A stretch of DNA of 64,000 bases from an uncultured Chryseolinea sp. GTDB taxonomy: Bacteria; Bacteroidota; Bacteroidia; Cytophagales; Cyclobacteriaceae. Both the position numbers and the translations under genes were made by a program. The stretch spans positions 2,878 to 66,877 of the forward strand of contig CAZAHL010000001.1 of assembly GCA_964484845.1 (NCBI GenBank), read 5' to 3'. Positions 17,654 to 26,409 of the stretch are shown here, in pieces; the stretch's first letter is position 1; each line of letters starts with the position of its first letter. The notes below the pieces were generated by a model, which worked only from the letters and a program-made list of their open reading frames with translations, searched no databases and was not told the DNA's origin.

Positions 17654-18430
17654 ATGGATTCGACCGATTCGGTGATCATTACACATAATTTATCAAAAAC
17701 CTTCACGGTTCCAGTTCTCCAAAATATCAATCTCGATGTTAAAGCAGGAGAGATAATTGGATATATCGGCCCTAATGGTGCAGGGAAAAGTACTACTATA
17801 AAAATACTCACCGGTATCATTTCTGATTTTGATGGAGAAGCAACCGTACTTGGATTTGATATTCGAAAAGAGATTCTCGAAGTAAAAAAACGAATTGGAT
17901 ATATTCCTGAAAACGCTGCGTTGTATGAAACACTTACACCGTTAGAATACCTGCATTTCATAGGCCAACTCTATAAAATGGAACGAGCACGGGTGGATAA
18001 GAAAGTGAAAGATCTTCTAATGCTTTTTGACCTTGGTAATTATAGTGAATCACGAATGACAACTTTTTCCAAAGGTATGCGACAGAAAGTTTTACTTATT
18101 GCGGGAATGATTCACAATCCTACTATTTTATTTTTGGATGAGCCACTTTCCGGATTGGATGCGAACGCTGTAATCCTTGTTAAAGAAATTCTTACTCAAC
18201 TCAAGCGAAGTGGGAAAACGATTTTCTACAGTTCGCATCTGATGGATATAGTGGAAAAAATTTCTGATCGCATCATGATCATTAATAAGGGGCAAATGAT
18301 AGCGAATGGAACATTTGCCGAATTGAATACGCAAGCCAAAAGTTCTCTTGAAAAAATTTTTACCGACCTCACCGGAAACAAAGAACATGAAAACGCAGCA
18401 GGCCATTTTATTAACATTTTAGAAAGCTAA
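17654..18430 (+). CDS. ABC transporter ATP-binding protein
   Basis: 258 aa. Walker A GPNGAGKST, signature-like FSKGMRQKV, Walker B ILFLDEPLSGLD, H-loop SSHLM. Confidence 0.9.
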   Translation: MDSTDSVIITHNLSKTFTVPVLQNINLDVKAGEIIGYIGPNGAGKSTTIKILTGIISDFDGEATVLGFDIRKEILEVKKRIGYIPENAALYETLTPLEYLHFIGQLYKMERARVDKKVKDLLMLFDLGNYSESRMTTFSKGMRQKVLLIAGMIHNPTILFLDEPLSGLDANAVILVKEILTQLKRSGKTIFYSSHLMDIVEKISDRIMIINKGQMIANGTFAELNTQAKSSLEKIFTDLTGNKEHENAAGHFINILES

Positions 18431-18434
18431 TGAG

Positions 18435-20093
18435 GTGGAAAAATTTCTGCTGAAATTTCTGGACGTATTTGCATGGGCATTCAAGTCAATGAAGGTAGAC
18501 TACGACCAGCTTCGCGCTATAGTGGCCACGAAACTCACCATGGACAACAGGCGTCATCTTGTGGCTTACAGTCGCAAGAACAAGAAGGAACCTGGAAATA
18601 CCTTCATTATGACTCTATTCTTTTACGCCATTTTTGGTGGGGTCGTGGCGCTGGTCATGTATAAAATTCCTTCCTTCATGCTTTCCATGATTGTGTTTTT
18701 CAGCTACATCATAGTGATGGTTTCCATGACACTCATCACCGATTTTTCTTCCATCTTGCTTGATACCAGTGATAACACCATTGTTCTTCCAAGACCTGTT
18801 GATGGTCGTACTTTATTTGTGTCACGGCTTACCCATATATTGCTTTACCTTGGGCAATTGGCTTTAGGCCTTTCTATTATTCCTGCCATTGTCATTATAA
18901 TACAATATGGAGTAGTACTATTTGTTATTTTTTTGATAGCCATCGTGCTTACCATTTTTACGGCAGTTTTTATAACCAATGCGTTGTACCTGCTCATCAT
19001 GCAATTTGCCAATGAGGAAAAACTCAAAAGCATTATCAACTATTTCCAGATTTTTATGGCTGTAGCCATTATGGGAGGATATCAAATATTGCCGCGCATG
19101 ATGGAAAGGATGGATATGAAGAATTTTGTTTTTGAAATTCAATGGTGGAGTTTTCTTCTGCCTCCCATATGGATGGCTGGTGCAATGGAAACTTTCCATC
19201 TTAACATGGTTGATACCGCACATATATCTCTTACTGCAAGCGCGATAATATTTCCTTTGCTGGGTGTTTACATCGTAAATAAACATCTCTCCCCCATTTT
19301 TAATCGCAAGCTTTCGGCACTTGGCGGAGGCTCCGAACGAATTGAAAGTGTAAAAGCAGAGCGAAACAATGTATTGACTAGCATCGCGGGTTGGATAACG
19401 GCAACTCCATTTGAGCGTGGAGCGTTTGATGTGATCTATAAAATTTTAGGAAGAGACCATAAAATTAAACTAAAAATTTATCCGGCCTTTGGATATGTCG
19501 CTGTATTTGGATTGATCTTTATGATGCGCAGTCAGGAGGATTTTGCTACCACATGGACCAATCTTCCTGGTACGCAGTATCACCTGATGTTGCTCTATCT
19601 CACCTTCATGGTGTTGCAAGTGGCCTTACATGAAATTCCATACTCAGACGATTTTAAAGCGAGCTGGATTTATTATTCTGCACCTTTAAATAATCCAGGA
19701 GAAATCCTTTCGGGTACTCTCAAAGCAATTTGTGTCAGGCTTTTCGTTCCTGGATATTTGATCATTAGTACCTTTGTATTGTTTGTCTGGGGCCTGAATG
19801 TGATCGATGATATTATTGTCGGATTGCTTAACAACCTTCTCATGGTGATGATTTTAGCCATGATCAATAAACGTTCCTTACCCCTTTCCATGGCCCCGAG
19901 CGTGCGGACACAAAGCGGCAACTTAATGCGAAACATTTTAACCTTTCTATTGATTGCAGTCTTAGGTGCCTGTCATTTCTTGCTCACCCAAAAACCAATT
20001 CTCCTGATAGGAGTTATTCCCATTCAACTTACAGCACTTTATTTTATGCATCGTGCTTATAAGCTAACCGCCTGGAGTAAGATTACTCTTTGA
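18435..20093 (+). CDS. Polytopic membrane protein, putative ABC-exporter membrane partner
   Basis: 552 aa with at least 10 hydrophobic segments. It starts (GTG) 5 bp after the ATPase stop. It resembles the 'putative ABC exporter' membrane family by size and context only. Confidence 0.5.
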   Translation: MEKFLLKFLDVFAWAFKSMKVDYDQLRAIVATKLTMDNRRHLVAYSRKNKKEPGNTFIMTLFFYAIFGGVVALVMYKIPSFMLSMIVFFSYIIVMVSMTLITDFSSILLDTSDNTIVLPRPVDGRTLFVSRLTHILLYLGQLALGLSIIPAIVIIIQYGVVLFVIFLIAIVLTIFTAVFITNALYLLIMQFANEEKLKSIINYFQIFMAVAIMGGYQILPRMMERMDMKNFVFEIQWWSFLLPPIWMAGAMETFHLNMVDTAHISLTASAIIFPLLGVYIVNKHLSPIFNRKLSALGGGSERIESVKAERNNVLTSIAGWITATPFERGAFDVIYKILGRDHKIKLKIYPAFGYVAVFGLIFMMRSQEDFATTWTNLPGTQYHLMLLYLTFMVLQVALHEIPYSDDFKASWIYYSAPLNNPGEILSGTLKAICVRLFVPGYLIISTFVLFVWGLNVIDDIIVGLLNNLLMVMILAMINKRSLPLSMAPSVRTQSGNLMRNILTFLLIAVLGACHFLLTQKPILLIGVIPIQLTALYFMHRAYKLTAWSKITL

Positions 20094-20346
20094 AGCGAAG
20101 TTTAAAAAATAACAGCGTTGAAGCCAGCATCAATGTAAGAAGATTAGCAGCTATAACAGGTATGTCCTGAACCAGGACGCCATACGCTAGCCACATCGCT
20201 ACTCCTAAACAAAACATGGAGAACATTCCTAATGATAAATCTTTCGCTGACCGCGACTTCCAAGTTTTTATCACTTGAGGAAGAAAAGCGATTGTCGTAA
20301 GCATTCCGGCCGCCAGGCCTAACAGTTGTATTTGATTCATATTCAT
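20083..20346 (-). CDS. SemiSWEET / PQ-loop family sugar transporter
   Basis: 87 aa with 3 TM helices. It has the PQ motif (FLPQVIKTWKSRSAKDLSLGMF) and the size typical of bacterial SemiSWEETs. Confidence 0.8.
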   Translation of the reverse strand: MNMNQIQLLGLAAGMLTTIAFLPQVIKTWKSRSAKDLSLGMFSMFCLGVAMWLAYGVLVQDIPVIAANLLTLMLASTLLFFKLRFKE

Positions 20347-20620
20347 TTCTAAGTCGATATCTTTACATGATATTATACCGACAAAGTTAAATAAACGTTG
20401 CGGTGATTTAAGGGTAATGTAATTTTATTGATGCAATTCTCTATTACAACGATTGCGCTGAGATTCTAATGCAACTGCTAACGCTAAGTTGACGGGAAGC
20501 TGGAGGGCTACACGCCTACCATTGGTAGGATCATACGTTTGGAGTATATAGTTTGAAATAACAGGCATTGATTAGGCCGGCCGTGGCTAAATTCTCACCA
20601 AAGCCAAGCTAGATATTATC

Positions 20621-22054
20621 TTATCTCCAATCCCGTAACAACCTGCCGAGAACTTTAAGACCTTCCTCAATTTTCGGGCTCCAAGGTTCTCCGTAACTAA
20701 TGCGGAAACAATTCTCAAAATTTCCCTGAGACGAAAAGATCTGGCCTGGAGCGATTCCAATATTGTGTTTTAAAGCACGCTTATGAAGTTTATAAGCGTT
20801 TATTTTTTTGTTCATCTCTATCCACAGCGTAAAACCACCTTGTGGTCTTGTAATACGTGTGTCCTCCGGGAAATATTCACACACTGCCTGGATGTATCTT
20901 AGCGATTGTGTATGCAAAGCTTTCCGAAGGTGGCGTAAATGCAATTCAAACCTTCCCTTACTTAGAAAATCGGCAACAGCTGCCTGAGCCAATGTATTGG
21001 TAGAAACTGTGTGCATCCGTTTTAACCGAATTACTTTTTCTTTAAATTTTCCCGGGATCGCCCAGCCTATCCGATATCCAGGTGCAAGGGATTTAGAGAA
21101 GGAAGCACAATGTAAGACCATGCCCTTTTTATCAAAAGTCTTACACGTCTTCGGCCGGGTCTTTCCGAAGTATAGTTCACCATAAATATCATCCTCGATA
21201 AGAGGGATATCTTTTTTCGCCAACATTTCCACCAAGTGTTTCTTGCGATCATCAGGCATGCAACTGCCCAGCGGATTGTTAAAATTATTTACTACCAGAC
21301 ATGCTTTAATATCAAACTTAGGGATGGCTTGTTCGAGGTAGTTGATGTCGAGACCGGTAACCGGATCGGTGGGAATTTCAACTACTTTTAATCCGTTACT
21401 CACCATTACTTGAAAAAGCGCGAAGTAAGTAGGGCTCTCAAGAGCAACAGCATCTCCTGGTTTTGTAATTGCTTTTATACAAAGCGAAAGAGCTTCCACG
21501 CACCCCGCCGTTACTACGATATCATCGTCACTGGGAGTTCCGCCCCAATTAAACGCTTGACGCGCGATTTGTTTTCGCAAAGCGACGTTTCCCTGGATAT
21601 GTTCATAGTGTAAACAGCTTGTAGGGGATTCCCGAAGCGCATGCATCACAGCTTTATTCAACTTCGCAGTTGGCAGAAGCTCAAAGGCCGGAGTACCCAT
21701 CGAGAAGTTCAATAAATTTTTAGTGTTCAAATCAAAATATACACTGTTGATCATATCGTCTATAGTCACCGGCAACGCGTCATCGGGTGGTTCACAGACT
21801 TTTGGCAAATCAAGAATGTATTCGGGAGAGTATTTTACATAATACCCAGACTGCGGGCGGGCTTCGACAAGACCTTTACTTTCTAATAAATAATAAGCCT
21901 GGAAAGCTGTGCTTAAGCTTATGCCTTGTTCCTTGCTAAGCGCGCGGACAGAAAGCAGCTTGTCGCCGATTTTAAAAACTTGCTTCTCAATCAAGATTTC
22001 AATACGATCGGCTACTTCAATGTATTTGTGATCACCTTTCACTAATGATTCCAT
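20621..22054 (-). CDS. MocR/PdxR-type regulator (GntR HTH fused to a fold-type-I aminotransferase-like domain)
   Basis: 477 aa. The N-terminal winged helix reads KLLSVRALSKEQGISLSTAFQAYYLLESKGLVEARPQSGYYV. The aminotransferase-like body carries the PLP-lysine context SFSKSLAPGYRIGW. Confidence 0.85.
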   Translation of the reverse strand: MESLVKGDHKYIEVADRIEILIEKQVFKIGDKLLSVRALSKEQGISLSTAFQAYYLLESKGLVEARPQSGYYVKYSPEYILDLPKVCEPPDDALPVTIDDMINSVYFDLNTKNLLNFSMGTPAFELLPTAKLNKAVMHALRESPTSCLHYEHIQGNVALRKQIARQAFNWGGTPSDDDIVVTAGCVEALSLCIKAITKPGDAVALESPTYFALFQVMVSNGLKVVEIPTDPVTGLDINYLEQAIPKFDIKACLVVNNFNNPLGSCMPDDRKKHLVEMLAKKDIPLIEDDIYGELYFGKTRPKTCKTFDKKGMVLHCASFSKSLAPGYRIGWAIPGKFKEKVIRLKRMHTVSTNTLAQAAVADFLSKGRFELHLRHLRKALHTQSLRYIQAVCEYFPEDTRITRPQGGFTLWIEMNKKINAYKLHKRALKHNIGIAPGQIFSSQGNFENCFRISYGEPWSPKIEEGLKVLGRLLRDWR

Positions 22055-22301
22055 ACCCTTTTATGCTTTTCCAGAATCAAAAATAAGGAACTTTATCGGT
22101 ATGTGTTTATAAACTAGAAGCTGGCTTACACAGCAGCGATCGAATATCGGGGAAAAGGGGTCATTGGGAAAAATAGATGGACATTGTTAATACAAATTGA
22201 GATAAAAATGTTTGTGATGAAAGGCGATGACCGCATTCCAGTTGTATTCTCAAAACGGATAACTTCTATATCTTTATGCGCTTTAAAATTCGCTGTGAAC
22301 G

Positions 22302-23402
22302 ATGTACAAAATCAGATTAAATCCTCAATTGATCAGCGGGGCAATTCTGTTCCTGTTACCCTTTACATGTTTCGCTCAATCGCAAAACGCTCCGGACCCC
22401 AAGAAAGGATTAAAGGATTACTATAAACCGTACTTCCCCATGGGTGTAGCCATCAGACCTCAATCTGTTAAAGGGGAAGAAGCAGTCCTCATCTTACAAC
22501 ATTTTGAAAGCATAACGGCGGAAAATGCCATGAAAATGGGCCCTATTCATCCGGAGGAGAATCGGTTTTTTTGGGAAGATGCTGATGCCATAGTTTCGTT
22601 TGCTCTAACTAACAACTTAAGAATACGGGGCCATACACTTTGCTGGCATAATCAAACTCCTGCGTGGTTGTTTAAAGATGCACGGGGTAACGATGTAACT
22701 AAGGAGGTTTTGCTAAAACGCTTAAAAGATCATATCGAAGCCGTTGCGTCGCGTTACAAAGGCAAGATCTATGCGTGGGATGTAGTGAATGAAGTTATCG
22801 ATGATGACGATACCAAGTATTTCCGCGATTCACCCTGGTATAAAATCTGTGGTGAAGAGTTTGTCGCGAAAGCGTTTGAGTATGCTCACCAAGCCGATCC
22901 GAATGCATTTTTATTTTATAATGATTACAATACTGAAAGTCCTGGAAAAAGAGATCGGATCTATCGTATGTTGAAAGAATTACTCGATAAGAAAGTTCCA
23001 ATTCACGGTGTAGGTCTGCAGGCACATTGGTCAATATTTAGTCCAACGGAAGAAGAGTTGCGTCAATCCATTGAAAAGTTCTCGTCCCTGGGATTAAAAG
23101 TTCAATTCACAGAGCTGGATATTTCTGTCTACCAATCAGAACATTCACGACGCGAACGGAAACCGGATGAGTCCGATACATTTAGTCCAGAAATGGAAGC
23201 AAAGCAAATTGAACAATATAAAATGGCCTTTGAAGTTTTCAGAGAACATAAAGACGTTATCACAGGAGTCACGTTTTGGAACGTTTCTGATAAATCCACA
23301 TGGCTTGATAATTTTCCGGTAAGAAGCCGTAAGAATTATCCTTTGCTATTCGACCAGAATCTAAAACCAAAAAAAGCATATTGGGAAGTGGTGAGATTCT
23401 GA
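22302..23402 (+). CDS. Endo-1,4-beta-xylanase, glycoside hydrolase family 10
   Basis: 366 aa with a signal peptide. GH10 blocks present: ITAENAMK, RGHTLCWHNQTPAWLF, WDVVNEVI (acid/base Glu), FYNDYN, FTELDIS (nucleophile Glu). Confidence 0.9.
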   Translation: MYKIRLNPQLISGAILFLLPFTCFAQSQNAPDPKKGLKDYYKPYFPMGVAIRPQSVKGEEAVLILQHFESITAENAMKMGPIHPEENRFFWEDADAIVSFALTNNLRIRGHTLCWHNQTPAWLFKDARGNDVTKEVLLKRLKDHIEAVASRYKGKIYAWDVVNEVIDDDDTKYFRDSPWYKICGEEFVAKAFEYAHQADPNAFLFYNDYNTESPGKRDRIYRMLKELLDKKVPIHGVGLQAHWSIFSPTEEELRQSIEKFSSLGLKVQFTELDISVYQSEHSRRERKPDESDTFSPEMEAKQIEQYKMAFEVFREHKDVITGVTFWNVSDKSTWLDNFPVRSRKNYPLLFDQNLKPKKAYWEVVRF

Positions 23403-23482
23403 CCGTTGCCCTCTCTTATACATATTGAATAAATAAAAACTTTGATTTGATAATCAGTAACATTGCACTATAAACCTTAGAC

Positions 23483-24319
23483 ATGAAAATATACAAAGTC
23501 AAACGAGGCATTGTCATAGAAACTGAAACATCCCTTTATCTAGTGGAAAATGAAAATTGGGACACGTTTATTAATGACGATGATCTTTTTGAAAAAGCGA
23601 CTCGCGTTGTACAAGCCTTGAAGGCTTCCCTTGAATCGAAAGAAGACCTGCTTAAAGAGCTACAGGCTCCAATACAAAATCAGGAAGTATGGGCCAGCGG
23701 CGTTACATACATAAGAAGTAAGGTAGGGAGGCAAGAGGAATCCAAGAATTCGGGGGCAAGTGATTTTTATGCCCGTGTATACGAAGCAGAGCGTCCTGAA
23801 TTATTCTTTAAAGCTACGCCCGGGCGGGTAGTGGCACCGGGAGGCAAAGTAAGAATCCGCAAGGATTCAACGTGGGATGTACCGGAACCCGAACTTACCT
23901 TGGTCATTACTTCAAGCGGTAAGATCGTTGGTTATACCATTGGAAACGACATGAGTTCAAGAAGCATCGAAGGCGAAAATCCTTTATATCTCCCGCAAGC
24001 CAAAACCTATGACGGATGTGCCGCTTTAGGCCCCTGCATTTATGTCACACAAAAACCATTACCAGGAAATACCCTTATTCAGCTCGAGATTCACAGAGAA
24101 AATAAAAAAGTATTTGAAGGAAGTGTTATGATCAACCAGATCAAGCGAACCTTCGAAGAACTTGCAGGGTTTTTATACCGTGAATGTAGCTTTCCTTACG
24201 GAAGTTTCCTGATGACGGGTACAGGCGTTGTGCCCGGAAGTGACTTCACGCTGCAAAAAAATGATCAAGTGAAGATTACTATTGAGCCCATCGGTACGCT
24301 CATTAATACTGTGGGTTAA
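23483..24319 (+). CDS. Fumarylacetoacetate hydrolase (FAH)-family protein, XylX/KdaD-like 2-keto-3-deoxy-pentonate dehydratase candidate
   Basis: 278 aa. The FAH-fold C-terminal half ([13 protein letters not shown]..., [32 protein letters not shown]) lies directly upstream of a KGSADH-type aldehyde dehydrogenase. Confidence 0.65.
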   Translation: MKIYKVKRGIVIETETSLYLVENENWDTFINDDDLFEKATRVVQALKASLESKEDLLKELQAPIQNQEVWASGVTYIRSKVGRQEESKNSGASDFYARVYEAERPELFFKATPGRVVAPGGKVRIRKDSTWDVPEPELTLVITSSGKIVGYTIGNDMSSRSIEGENPLYLPQAKTYDGCAALGPCIYVTQKPLPGNTLIQLEIHRENKKVFEGSVMINQIKRTFEELAGFLYRECSFPYGSFLMTGTGVVPGSDFTLQKNDQVKITIEPIGTLINTVG

Positions 24320-24320
24320 T

Positions 24321-24415
24321 AGATGTGTTTAGGTGCGTACGTGCTTAGGTGTTTACGTAAGCGCCTTGAACCTGACCCGTAAACACATAAACACTCAAAC
24401 ACATAAACACATTCA
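24321..24415. repeat. Imperfect ~37-bp inverted repeat built from period-8 GTGTTTAN / NTAAACAC units
   Basis: Left arm agatgtgtttaggtgcgtacgtgcttaggtgtttacg. The reverse complement of the right arm is gaatgtgtttatgtgtttgagtgtttatgtgtttacg, giving 28 of 37 matches by hand alignment. The core GTGTTTACG (24349..24357) and CGTAAACAC (24378..24386) pair perfectly. The element fills the spacer between the FAH and ALDH genes. Confidence 0.85.
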
Positions 24416-24417
24416 TA

Positions 24418-25992
24418 ATGACTGGAAAGAATATAATTGGAGCATCTCTCTCCGGTGATAGCAAAGAAATTTTCTATGGCGAGAATCCATCAAACGGACA
24501 AAATTTAGAGCCTGGTTTTTATGAAGCCACTCAGCAAGAAATAGATGAAGCAATTGAAAAAGCTTCGGCTGCATTCCAACATTATCGTAATGTCAGTGGG
24601 AAAGACAAAGCTACTTTTCTCGAAACTATTGCGGAAGAAATTGTTGCATTAGGGGAAAGCTTAATTTCACGATGCATGGAAGAGACAGGACTTCCGGAAG
24701 CAAGACTTTTGGGAGAACGCGGACGTACCGTTGGACAGCTAAAACTCTTTGCAAATCTTCTTCGCGAAGGTTCCTGGGTTGATGCAAGGATCGATACAGT
24801 TGAGCCTGACAGAAAACCATTACCGAGGCCTGATGTTAGAAGCATGCAAAAAGCACTAGGGCCAGTTGGTATTTTTGGGGCTAGTAATTTTCCATTCGCT
24901 TTTTCAGTAGCCGGTGGGGATACAGTCTCCGCGTTGGCAGCTGGATGTCCCGTGGTTTTTAAAGCGCATCCCGCGCATCCGGGAGTATGCGAGCTAGTAG
25001 GCCTTGCCATACAACGCGCTATAAAAAAAACTGGAATGCCGGAAGGTACATTTTCCATGGTGAATGGAAAATCAACCCAAGTTGGATTGGCCCTTGTAAG
25101 ACACTCTTCTATATCAGCTGTTGGTTTTACGGGATCTTTTAGAGGTGGAAAAGCTTTGTTTGATGAAGCCAACAAAAGGCCTGTACCCATCCCGGTATAT
25201 GCGGAGATGGGTAGTACGAATCCCGTGTTCATTCTTCCCGACGCTTTAAAAGAAAGAAAAGAAAAAATTGCTCAGGAGCTTGCTGCTGCCGTCACGTTAG
25301 GTGTAGGACAATTCTGCACGAACCCAGGTTTAGTATTTATTCAAAATTCGGACGACGGCTCTCAATTTAAAGATGCATTGTCCAATAGCATCAAGGGAAT
25401 TAACGCTGGTGTTATGTTGACCTCGGGTATGCAAAACAATTACCAAAAAGGTATTGAAAAGCTGAGTAATACCAAGGGAGTAAATGTCCTCGCAAAGGGA
25501 ACAACGGAAGGATCCGGTAGCCGGGGTACAGCCCACTTATTGCATGCTTCAATTGAATCCTTTTTGAATGATCATACCCTGGAAGAAGAAGTTTTTGGCC
25601 CTTCTACCCTAGCGATAACGGCTAACAATAAGGCTGAACTACTTCAAGCTGCTAAGAACTTAAATGGTCACATCACTGCAACACTTCACGCCACGGATAA
25701 AGATTTAAAAGAATATGTTGATCTTATTGCCATACTGGAACAAAAGGTCGGTCGTTTAATTATTAACGGTTACCCTACCGGTGTTGAAGTTTGTCATGCC
25801 ATGGTTCATGGCGGTCCGTTTCCTGCCACGACTGACAGTCGTTCAACATCCGTCGGAACAGGGTCCATTAGCCGTTTTACCCGACCTGTTTGTTATCAAA
25901 ATTTTCCATCTGCATTGCTTCCTCCCGAATTACAGGAAAATAATCCGTTAGGCATTTGGCGATTAGTAAACGGAGAAAGACAAAAGAAATAA
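24418..25992 (+). CDS. NADP-dependent aldehyde dehydrogenase, alpha-ketoglutarate-semialdehyde dehydrogenase (KGSADH/XylA)-like
   Basis: 524 aa. ALDH catalytic Glu (YAEMGSTNP) and Cys (GQFCTNPG) contexts are present. The size and N-terminus are typical of the 'aldehyde dehydrogenase (NADP+)' KGSADH clade. Confidence 0.8.
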   Translation: MTGKNIIGASLSGDSKEIFYGENPSNGQNLEPGFYEATQQEIDEAIEKASAAFQHYRNVSGKDKATFLETIAEEIVALGESLISRCMEETGLPEARLLGERGRTVGQLKLFANLLREGSWVDARIDTVEPDRKPLPRPDVRSMQKALGPVGIFGASNFPFAFSVAGGDTVSALAAGCPVVFKAHPAHPGVCELVGLAIQRAIKKTGMPEGTFSMVNGKSTQVGLALVRHSSISAVGFTGSFRGGKALFDEANKRPVPIPVYAEMGSTNPVFILPDALKERKEKIAQELAAAVTLGVGQFCTNPGLVFIQNSDDGSQFKDALSNSIKGINAGVMLTSGMQNNYQKGIEKLSNTKGVNVLAKGTTEGSGSRGTAHLLHASIESFLNDHTLEEEVFGPSTLAITANNKAELLQAAKNLNGHITATLHATDKDLKEYVDLIAILEQKVGRLIINGYPTGVEVCHAMVHGGPFPATTDSRSTSVGTGSISRFTRPVCYQNFPSALLPPELQENNPLGIWRLVNGERQKK

Positions 25993-26093
25993 TTTATATA
26001 GCATAATACTTTCCGTGCATTTGGTAGCGAAAAAATTATTATTTGTATACTGCAAAGACTTATTACTTCCTCGTATCAATGCATCCACTGGTA

Positions 26094-26304
26094 GAAGCCC
26101 GAAGGGCTTCAATGTGAATAGCCACCGGTGAAACCGGTGGAAAGTTATATAGTGCAGATAACCCTGAAAGGGTTAAACGTTCTAAGCTATTAATTATGAG
26201 AAGCTACAAAATCAAACATTAAACCCCGTCGGGGTTTTTACAACATTCCAATTGTAACCCTGAGTTGCACTCAGGGCTATTCACCTTGAAGCCTTTCAGG
26301 CTTC
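26094..26304. repeat. Six-hairpin palindromic element with 30-bp terminal inverted repeats (MITE/REP-like element or structured RNA)
   Basis: Hairpins lie at 26094..26110, 26122..26140, 26159..26175, 26221..26237, 26258..26276 and 26288..26304. The left end GAAGCCCGAAGGGCTTCAATGTGAATAGCC matches the reverse complement of the right end GAAGCCTGAAAGGCTTCAAGGTGAATAGCC at 27 of 30 positions. Two of the three differences are a compensatory pair within the hairpin stem. Confidence 0.8.
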
Positions 26305-26409
26305 GTTTGTCGAAAGTATAGTTTTTTTTATTTCGCGCTGCAGGTTTCGGGCCGGGCCATGCTTGGAAGTTCTACGAAGAGAAAAAGCATAGAAGGAGAT
26401 AGAATGACC

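Noticed and set aside
24582-25232. 216-aa ORF antisense to the aldehyde dehydrogenase gene. Similar long antisense or overlapping ORFs occur at 45677..46204, 48578..48961, 48820..49359, 50300..50683, 50481..51077, 29003..29350, 15054..15467, 13992..14405 and 18918..19286.
   Set aside because: Each lies entirely inside a gene with strong family motifs on the other strand. Their sequences are low-complexity (Pro/Arg/Ser/Gly-rich) with no recognisable domain. They cluster in the GC-richer genes, where stop-free antisense frames are expected by chance.
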